64,000 nucleotides of DNA, from the IMG/VR virus record IMGVR_UViG_3300025288_000012, positions 32,001 through 96,000 of that record. The stretch is one strand, 5' to 3'. Each line of letters begins with the position of its first letter. Position 1 is the first letter of the stretch. Made by a program: the position numbers and the translations under genes. Origin of the DNA: a virus. Positions 57,135 through 64,000 of the stretch are shown piece by piece. Under the pieces are notes generated by a model, which was not told where the DNA came from, did not search any database, and saw only the letters and a program-made list of their open reading frames with translations.

Positions 57135-58544
57135 ATGAACACCACCGATGTAAATCAAAAGGTATTCGTCGTAGATCAGTTGGAACCTGAAGTTACAGCT
57201 ATGCTACAGGCGTTCTACTCGCGTTCGGATACGTCTATCGAAGACCGGCTGTCCACACTTGGTACTGACAGTGCAAAAATCAAAGAAAATCTGAAGAAGT
57301 GGTACATCGGCTACGGTCACTCCAGCATTGCGGACTGCGGCGACACTACTCTGTTCATCGAGAACGTGTCCATCATTGCAGCTAAGGCCATTCAGGATGA
57401 CCCGCTGTACAACGGTCAAGAAACATCGACTCGCTATTTTGACTTCGAGCATCGGGCATTTGTTAGCCCGTTCGGTTCCACCTACAGGGAACTCGCCACA
57501 GTTCAGCAACGGCTAGTTGACCTGTATGCCCGTATGCGACCTCTAGTTCTGGATCGTATTCGTAGCGCCCATCCCTTCTACTTCAACGAGTCTTCTGAGG
57601 ACTCTTCGCAGATGCAACTGAAGAAGTGGGAGAATGCAACTAACGCAAGGTCGTTCGACATTGTGCGCGGTCTTCTGCCTGCCGGCATGACTACCCAACT
57701 AAGCTGGAAGGGAAGCCTACGTCGCATTTCCGAGAGGCTTAACACACTCTCCGACCATCCGTGCTCTGAGATCAGTATGCTGGCGCAGTCCGTAAATGCG
57801 CAACTCGTGGAGCGTTATCCTAGTTCGTTCAAGCCTATCGCTGAAGACTCCAGCTCATTGCCTTGTCCCTTCTACGATCTTGACTCTCCTTGCACTGACC
57901 TAGGTTTTGAAATCGGAGCCTTGCACTACAGCTACACGAACTTCAGGGAGTTCAATGACTCCCAGTACTACAAGGCGTTCCTGCTTAACCGTGATCGTAA
58001 GACGCAAGTTCCCAACTTTTTCAACTTCTACGGGCAGTTCCAGTTCGAGTTTCTACTTGACTACGGTTCATTCCGTGACATCCAGCGTCATCGTAATGGA
58101 CTTACACCCTTGCCTATGCTCGGAGCCTACTCCATAAATGGAGTGCCGAACATGTTTCATCCCTGGTACTTGGAGCAGCTGGGTGACCTACGAGAAGAGG
58201 TTGAGTCTGAGCTGAGTGAAATCTACTCTACCATCGACGAAGTATTGCTCGAGTGTGCGGCATTGAACCTTGACATGCACGTTGCCCATGCGCAGATGCA
58301 GTACTACTACCCGATGGGAACCATAGTCCCAGTCAGCGTCATCTACGGACTGGCTGAGGCTATCTATGTAAGCGAGCTTCGCACCCAGGCAACGGTTCAT
58401 CCCACACTTCGTGTAGTTGCACATGGTATCGCTGAAGCCGTAAAGGAAGTCTTCCCTGACATTGCACTTCACATTGACAAATCTGAAGACGGATTCGTTC
58501 TTCGTCGGGGTAGTCAAGACATCTTTGAACAGACCGGAGTCTGA
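57135..58544 (+). CDS. thyX: Flavin-dependent thymidylate synthase, long two-domain ThyX-like form
   Basis: YGHSSIAD, QETSTRY, RGLLP and a second-domain RDIQRHR; AAGGA RBS. Confidence 0.8.
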   Translation: MNTTDVNQKVFVVDQLEPEVTAMLQAFYSRSDTSIEDRLSTLGTDSAKIKENLKKWYIGYGHSSIADCGDTTLFIENVSIIAAKAIQDDPLYNGQETSTRYFDFEHRAFVSPFGSTYRELATVQQRLVDLYARMRPLVLDRIRSAHPFYFNESSEDSSQMQLKKWENATNARSFDIVRGLLPAGMTTQLSWKGSLRRISERLNTLSDHPCSEISMLAQSVNAQLVERYPSSFKPIAEDSSSLPCPFYDLDSPCTDLGFEIGALHYSYTNFREFNDSQYYKAFLLNRDRKTQVPNFFNFYGQFQFEFLLDYGSFRDIQRHRNGLTPLPMLGAYSINGVPNMFHPWYLEQLGDLREEVESELSEIYSTIDEVLLECAALNLDMHVAHAQMQYYYPMGTIVPVSVIYGLAEAIYVSELRTQATVHPTLRVVAHGIAEAVKEVFPDIALHIDKSEDGFVLRRGSQDIFEQTGV

Positions 58545-58545
58545 T

Positions 58546-59166
58546 ATGACTAGCGGAAAGTTCATAGTAGTAGAAGGCATTGATGGTTCGGGAAAAACCA
58601 CCCAAACAAAGCTTCTGGAAGAACGGCTCGGTGAAATGGGCATCCAGACTATACTTACTCGTGAACCAGGTGGCACTGAGCTTGGTGAACGTCTTCGGAC
58701 GTTTGCCTTCGCCAACAAGTTTCCGTCTGACCTGGACTCCTGCCTTATGTACAGCGCCCGTTTACTCAATCTGGAGCAGACTATTCGTCCTGCTCTCGAG
58801 TGTGGTATATGGGTAATATGCGATCGGTTCACAAGCTCTACGTGGGCGTATCAGTCTGGGGCATCCATTGATGTACTGGTAGCCCTCGATAAGGCTCTGG
58901 TAAACTCTGGTTTGCCCATGCCCGATCTTGAGTTCTTCCTAACTCTTGACCATGCGACCTCAGCTGCTAGACGTCGAAATCGAGCTGGTGATGCAGTTAG
59001 ATTTGAAGAGCAATTGGAAGTTACTGAACGGGCGTACGCTAGTCGTTACCGCGAGCACCCGCCAGCTTGGCCAGTCAAAGAAATTTATGCAGGACAAGGA
59101 CTGGCAAAAGTAACTGATGCCATCATGACTAATATTATTGAGCTGGTTAGCTTACCCCGGAGTTAG
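58546..59166 (+). CDS. tmk: Thymidylate kinase
   Basis: EGIDGSGKTTQ, TREPGGT, CDRF..STWAYQ, PDL; ATG at 58546 (track 58462). Confidence 0.93.
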   Translation: MTSGKFIVVEGIDGSGKTTQTKLLEERLGEMGIQTILTREPGGTELGERLRTFAFANKFPSDLDSCLMYSARLLNLEQTIRPALECGIWVICDRFTSSTWAYQSGASIDVLVALDKALVNSGLPMPDLEFFLTLDHATSAARRRNRAGDAVRFEEQLEVTERAYASRYREHPPAWPVKEIYAGQGLAKVTDAIMTNIIELVSLPRS

Positions 59167-59171
59167 TACAA

Positions 59172-60134
59172 ATGAAATTGACCAACGGTGACTACATCGT
59201 ATTGGACTTGGCCCGGTCGCACTTGGCCAAGGTCGTAAGTGCAGAGAAGCCATATCAGGCTATCTTGGAAAAGGATCGTGAAGGCGAGTTCCAAAAACTC
59301 AGCCCTATCGAGTTCAAAATGTCTGAAGTTCTTGCCAACTTGGGTCGATCACCCAAGGCTGGTTCCGTGCACGGTGTGAAGGTTGAGCCTTTGTTCCGCA
59401 CCGAAGAATCAAAGTTCTTCGGTGTAGTTCGAATCTATCAGGACATGAACGACGAACGCTACTCTGCGTTCCGTAAGTACATGGTTGCGTTTGTTAAGAC
59501 CATCAAACAGAAGCGACTTGATGGTGCTAAGATGGAACTCGAGGTAAGACCTGTGTCTGGAAAGTACGCTGGATACTACAAACACCGTCCTAAGCAGGAC
59601 GCAGACATCCTGTGTGTACGTCCCAATGAAGTACTAGATGGTCTGCAGTATGTATTTGCCCATGAGTACGGTCACAGTATTCACAACCGTATGATGCCTC
59701 GTAATATCTGGCTTCGTTGGATCAAACAGTACCACAACCACATCTCTATCACTGCCGTTGACGACGCTGAGTTGGTACAGATACGGGAAGAGATCGAAGG
59801 CGTACGATCAGTCGCTGAGTACCTTCGTGACTGCACCGACGATACCAAGCCTGTTATCCGTGCCTGTCTGAAGTACATATCCCAAGTGCATGGACTAAGC
59901 AAGCACCACATCGAAGCTATGCTTGGGTCAGACGAATCGTTGGAAAACATCTGGCCCTCTGCTATTGAACTGTCTGACAAGGACATGGTTATAAGCGAGT
60001 ATGCTGAAAAGTCTCCCGAGGAGTTTTTTGCTGAATGCTTCGCCTTCCATTTCCTGGGTCGCATATTACCTAAAGCCCTAGTGTCTTTGATGGAAAAGAC
60101 CCTGTCAAACTTAGTACACCCGAAAGGCAATTGA
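59172..60134 (+). CDS. Protein with C-terminal zincin-like HExxH domain
   Basis: FAHEYGH and distal SEYA..SPEEFFAE. Confidence 0.65.
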   Translation: MKLTNGDYIVLDLARSHLAKVVSAEKPYQAILEKDREGEFQKLSPIEFKMSEVLANLGRSPKAGSVHGVKVEPLFRTEESKFFGVVRIYQDMNDERYSAFRKYMVAFVKTIKQKRLDGAKMELEVRPVSGKYAGYYKHRPKQDADILCVRPNEVLDGLQYVFAHEYGHSIHNRMMPRNIWLRWIKQYHNHISITAVDDAELVQIREEIEGVRSVAEYLRDCTDDTKPVIRACLKYISQVHGLSKHHIEAMLGSDESLENIWPSAIELSDKDMVISEYAEKSPEEFFAECFAFHFLGRILPKALVSLMEKTLSNLVHPKGN

Positions 60135-60135
60135 C

Positions 60136-60657
60136 GTGGGTAGTGCAACCTTGCTTGCGGCCTCTCAAATTCAGGAGCTGAAGGGCTTCCTTGGTCTTGT
60201 CGTAAGCAAAATTGACAGACCTATCTTCGTAGTACCTAACAAAGAAGTCATGCTGACGGCTTTACGAACTGTGCAGCTTTCTCTCACTAGCGTCTGTAGC
60301 GTCTGCATACTTTCACTTGAAACGCGAGGGTCTGAGCTAGAGTCGTACCTAGATGAAGAAAGTTGTAACTCCTTGCGAACTCGCCTAGACTACGTAACTC
60401 AAAGCTTAGACTTCTTCAAGCAACGTTCCCCTGTTGCGTTGTTCCGCACACACGGCGTACCAGGTGGAAGTGAAATAGGTGCACTACTGGACATGTGCAG
60501 TCACACATGCTTCTCGGTTCAGGCCTTACTTAAGGCAGACTCGTTAGCTGCAACCTACTTTTCTTCTCTTGCCTCACTACTTTACGAAATTGCTCGATAC
60601 TTGAATGCCTCAGTTGGGCAACGTGAGCTAGAGTACACTGTAAAAATGAGTCTCTAG
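60136..60657 (+). CDS. Degenerate PduO-type cob(I)alamin adenosyltransferase-like protein
   Basis: VPGGSEIGALL..TC..TYFSSLASLLYEIARYLN..G..E parallels the PduO PGG..AA.LH.ARTV..YLNRLSD.LF..AR pattern. Confidence 0.5.
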   Translation: MGSATLLAASQIQELKGFLGLVVSKIDRPIFVVPNKEVMLTALRTVQLSLTSVCSVCILSLETRGSELESYLDEESCNSLRTRLDYVTQSLDFFKQRSPVALFRTHGVPGGSEIGALLDMCSHTCFSVQALLKADSLAATYFSSLASLLYEIARYLNASVGQRELEYTVKMSL

Positions 60658-60671
60658 CACGGATTACGAAA

Positions 60672-61418
60672 ATGACCACAACTCGAACAACTCGGAAAGT
60701 ATCTAGCACTTCATCCAAACCTAAGATGAAGATCGAATCGCTTGCAGTGAAGTACCGTCCTAAAGTATTGGAGGACTTGGTAGGACAGCCACACCTAGTC
60801 TCACAGCTTCGCGGCATGTTCAAGGCTGGCAAAATACCAAGTGCAATCCTTCTGGCAGGCGAATCAGGTACGGGCAAGACGACTACTGCTCGTATGATTG
60901 CACGTTATCTGAACTGCAATAACCCTGATCCAGCAACACATGCACCTTGCGGTGAGTGCATAAGCTGCAAATACGGTGATGGTCACCCTGACTTCCTTGA
61001 AATGAACATGGCCGATGCCCGAGGCATTGACGACATTCGCGGCCTTATTGCCTCGTCCAAGAACATGCCTGTCATGGGTGAGAACCGCATATTTCTTCTG
61101 GACGAGTGCTTCCCCCCAGATACAGAGATTGAGGTAGAGCCCGGTAAGTTTAGAACTATCAGCGATATATGCTCAGACCCTCAAGACGTAAACGTGCTTT
61201 CGTTTAATCATGAAACTGGTGAAGTTGAGAGTAAACAAGTTGAAGCGAAGCTCCCAAAACCATCTGATGACCGAGAAATGGTTGAAGTCATTCTAGCGGA
61301 TGGCTCTGTCCAACCTTGCACTTCAAATCATAAATGGTGGAGTGTAACACGGGGCATGATGGTAGAGGCCAAGGATCTTATGCCCGAAGAGGAGTTACTT
61401 GTCATTTACGAGTCATGA
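60672..61418 (+). CDS. dnaX: DnaX-like clamp loader N-fragment + split intein N-half (61107-61415, 103 aa)
   Basis: KYRP..DLVGQ, GESGTGKTT, C..C..C, RGIDDIR, FLLDE|CFPPDTEI..CTSNHKW..AKDLMPEEELL*. Confidence 0.92.
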   Translation: MTTTRTTRKVSSTSSKPKMKIESLAVKYRPKVLEDLVGQPHLVSQLRGMFKAGKIPSAILLAGESGTGKTTTARMIARYLNCNNPDPATHAPCGECISCKYGDGHPDFLEMNMADARGIDDIRGLIASSKNMPVMGENRIFLLDECFPPDTEIEVEPGKFRTISDICSDPQDVNVLSFNHETGEVESKQVEAKLPKPSDDREMVEVILADGSVQPCTSNHKWWSVTRGMMVEAKDLMPEEELLVIYES

Positions 61419-61480
61419 GTCCACTGAACAGTTTACCTTCTCGGTAGTGACTTTCTCAAACCCATTTAGGAACCTACACA

Positions 61481-62359
61481 ATGCGAGTCTCAACCATCAA
61501 GGTTTCGAGTGTACGCCACATCTCCATTGCGAGCAACCAGGTATTTGACTTAACAGTTAAAGACAACCATAACTTTTTCGTTCGCCCAAAAGGAGCAACT
61601 GGTTCTGTATTGGTTTCAAATTGTCACCAAATTACTCCCCAGGGAGCGCAGGCTCTTCTGAAACCTTTGGAAGAACCACCTGCGTCTACCTTGTGGATAT
61701 TGGCCACTACAAATCCTGAGAAGCTACCTCCTACTGTTCGCGGTAGATGCCATCAGTTTGAAGTGAAAGCCATAGCTCCTAACGAGCTCTCACGACGCTT
61801 GAGTCGCATTGCCCGTCTTGAGGGCATTGACACCAAGGCTATTGAGGACTGGTCAGGCATAACAAAGATCATTTCCGACCTTGCTAATGGCAGGATGCGT
61901 GACTCTATTCAGATGCTGGAGAGCGTGATCTTTGCACTCAACAGTGGAGAGGACGTTGATCCGCGTTCTGTAATCAAGACCTTCCTAAACTCTACTGAGG
62001 CTGAGCTTGACGAGAGTGCAGCCCGACTGTTGCTGGGCATAATTCAGGCAAACATGAAGGTGTGTCTGAAAGAGATTCGTGGGTGTGGTAATGCTCGTGG
62101 CTTGATGAACAAGCTGCGCTGGTTGATTGTTTACCTGACTGACAACTCGGTAGGGCTGGCTAAGTTCACCCCGTGGTCAGGCAAGGCATTTGCAAAGCTT
62201 GCACAGGGTACCGGAGTGCGGATAAACCTAGCCCTGCTGCTGAACCTCCAGTCGCTGTTGATAGAAATGGAATTCCGTTTCAACTCACTGAGCCTTGAGG
62301 AATCAATAGTCATGAGCGCTATGCTGGCTGACTTCATTACCAAGAGAAAGAACGAGTAG
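61481..62359 (+). CDS. dnaX: Split intein C-half (47 aa, 61481-61621) + DnaX C-fragment
   Basis: MRVSTIKV..VFDLTVKDNHNFF..VLVSN|CHQIT..QALLKPLEEPP..ILATT..TVRGRC..GRMRD. Confidence 0.92.
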   Translation: MRVSTIKVSSVRHISIASNQVFDLTVKDNHNFFVRPKGATGSVLVSNCHQITPQGAQALLKPLEEPPASTLWILATTNPEKLPPTVRGRCHQFEVKAIAPNELSRRLSRIARLEGIDTKAIEDWSGITKIISDLANGRMRDSIQMLESVIFALNSGEDVDPRSVIKTFLNSTEAELDESAARLLLGIIQANMKVCLKEIRGCGNARGLMNKLRWLIVYLTDNSVGLAKFTPWSGKAFAKLAQGTGVRINLALLLNLQSLLIEMEFRFNSLSLEESIVMSAMLADFITKRKNE

Positions 62360-62364
62360 GCGGC

Positions 62365-64000
62365 ATGATTAAATTACTCAAACTTGAGTTATCGAATGTA
62401 GTGTACTTCAAACAAGCCTCAGTTAGACTCGATAGGAGCAGCATAGTATTTATAAGAGGCCAGAACAAAGATAGCGACCCAGCAAACCCAAGTTCTAATG
62501 GTGCAGGTAAGTCGTTGCTTATGTCTACGATACCTAACGTGTTTTACTCTGCTACACCGCTATCCATAAAGAAGAAGTCGCGTAAGGACATATTAGGTAA
62601 AGGAAGTAGCGTTTCACTTACCTTTAGGTCTGAGGATGGCTCGAAGTACAAAGTCACCCAGTCTCCTTCAAAATACCAAATAGTGAAAGATGGGGAAGAC
62701 TTAGACATAACTCGCATACCTCTAGCTGAGGCGATGATTAGAGAGTTGTTCCCTCTATCCGAGGTACTGTTCTACTCAACGTGCTTTGTATCTACCCAGC
62801 GTCCTTTTCCTTTTCAACAAGACTCTGACAGTGCACGGCTGGAACACCTAGTGGACATGTTCAGGCTAGACCAGTACGACAAAATACGCGATTACTTCGC
62901 ACAAAAGCTGCGAGCTTTGAAGGACGATGAAGTAAAGCTATCGGTGCTTGAGCAGCGTGTGGTTGTTGCCAGTGACAAAATCAAGGCACTACAAGCTATC
63001 CTGGACAGCATAGACAGCAAGTCTCTAAAGTCCAAGAGTGAAAAGTACGAATCTACACTGAAAGCATTGGAGTCAACTCAGTACGAACACAAGGCAGAAC
63101 TAAATGCCTTGAAGACGTTGTACGATGTTGAGGTAGAGCTTGATTCCCTTCGAGCAGCGTACATGTACACTACTCCACCGGACGAAACAATAGCGTACTT
63201 AAAGTCTGTACGTGCAGACGTTAGGACCTACGAGACGTACAAGAGCAAAGAGGAACAGTACAAGAAGTCGTCAGCCTCAATAACTAAGAGCATCAAAGCC
63301 CTTAAACTGCCTGACCGAACAAAAGAAGAATGCTCCGAGCAGTCGCAGCTTTTCACCAAAGAGCTTTCCTCAGCAAAGACTCGTCTGAAGGTGTCAGAGG
63401 AAAAAAGCGCCCGTTACAAAAAGGTAGTGACAGACGGTAAATCTGTAGCCGAAGATTTACTTCACGTAGGTGTGGACGTCAAGCATGGTGACGTAGTTGA
63501 TCTGAAAACTGATCTTGAGTCGCAGCTGTCAATCTACAAGACAACTCTTAAGCTTGAAAAGCTGCTGAAGGATCATGACCACGAGGGTGGGGTAGTATGC
63601 CCCACATGTCTTAGCGACATTGACCTTGAAGGTACCCGCAAGGCTGCAAGTGATGCCAAAAAAGCTATTCCCAGACTAGAACAAAAAATTCATGCGCAGG
63701 AACTGTACCGATCGTACTTAGACCTTAAGGTAAAACTCAAGGAGATAGACTTCCGTAAAGCAGCTCACGATAGGCTATCTTCCAAAGTAAAGGAGCTTGA
63801 GGCTGCCTTAGAGCAACTCGGTCTAGACCTTGACGTGTGGCTTCAGCACAGTACGTACACAAAGACTCTTGCTTCACTCGAGCGTCCAACTAAGGTCGCG
63901 ACACCCGTTACTGACCTATCCGTACAGGATATTGATTCGCATCTTGAACTGTGTGCTGACATTAAGAAGCATCTTGAGGCAAAGTCAAAACTTGTACAGA
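62365..64000 (+). CDS. SbcC/Rad50-like ATPase, partial; missed by ORF track
   Basis: MIKLLKLELSNVVYF..SNGAGKS Walker A, coiled coil, zinc hook CPTC near 63600; runs off window. Confidence 0.88.
   Translation, partial: MIKLLKLELSNVVYFKQASVRLDRSSIVFIRGQNKDSDPANPSSNGAGKSLLMSTIPNVFYSATPLSIKKKSRKDILGKGSSVSLTFRSEDGSKYKVTQSPSKYQIVKDGEDLDITRIPLAEAMIRELFPLSEVLFYSTCFVSTQRPFPFQQDSDSARLEHLVDMFRLDQYDKIRDYFAQKLRALKDDEVKLSVLEQRVVVASDKIKALQAILDSIDSKSLKSKSEKYESTLKALESTQYEHKAELNALKTLYDVEVELDSLRAAYMYTTPPDETIAYLKSVRADVRTYETYKSKEEQYKKSSASITKSIKALKLPDRTKEECSEQSQLFTKELSSAKTRLKVSEEKSARYKKVVTDGKSVAEDLLHVGVDVKHGDVVDLKTDLESQLSIYKTTLKLEKLLKDHDHEGGVVCPTCLSDIDLEGTRKAASDAKKAIPRLEQKIHAQELYRSYLDLKVKLKEIDFRKAAHDRLSSKVKELEAALEQLGLDLDVWLQHSTYTKTLASLERPTKVATPVTDLSVQDIDSHLELCADIKKHLEAKSKLVQ

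Noticed and set aside
60672-62359. dnaX split as an E. coli-style programmed frameshift or a pseudogene
   Set aside because: The break falls between intein blocks, the second ORF has its own RBS and a typical IntC start, and both exteins are intact.
1-64000. Stop-codon reassignment, tRNA or rRNA genes
   Set aside because: Well-recognised genes end naturally at TAG, TGA and TAA (e.g. NrdJb CG-TAG, RecA TGA); I saw no cloverleaf or rRNA-like sequence.

Overview
This window is 64 kb of a large dsDNA phage genome, most likely a jumbo myovirus. The gene content resembles my recollection of the Y3/JA11/Lu11/PaBG-type phages; this is inference, not a database result. The minus-strand left arm (1-25.3 kb) holds the 5' part of a family A DNA polymerase, a giant SNF2 helicase, an Acb1-like 2H phosphodiesterase, many probable virion proteins and a histone-H1-like protein. 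The plus-strand right arm holds RuvC, primase (on the minus strand), a Cas4-like nuclease, a TGT/DpdA-centred modification cluster, a sigma factor, SSB, RecA, a 5'-3' exonuclease, SbcD/SbcC, class II RNR (NrdJa/b), dNMP kinase, dUTPase, ThyX, Tmk and DnaX. Eight inteins are visible, two of them naturally split across separate genes (NrdJ, with a free-standing endonuclease between the halves, and DnaX). The strongest novelty candidates are: (1) a DpdA/TGT + QueD-like + PRTase + HAD + methyltransferase + glycosyltransferase + UDP-xylose synthase cluster, suggesting an undescribed sugar-bearing deazaguanine modification; (2) the two split inteins; (3) a shared N-terminal MK[LV]x[VI]S[LI][SA] leader on unrelated proteins including the Acb1-like enzyme, a possible capsid-targeting signal; and (4) an endonuclease-RuvC fusion that left the old RuvC 5' end as a stub. 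All family calls are motif recognition by eye; no searches were run.
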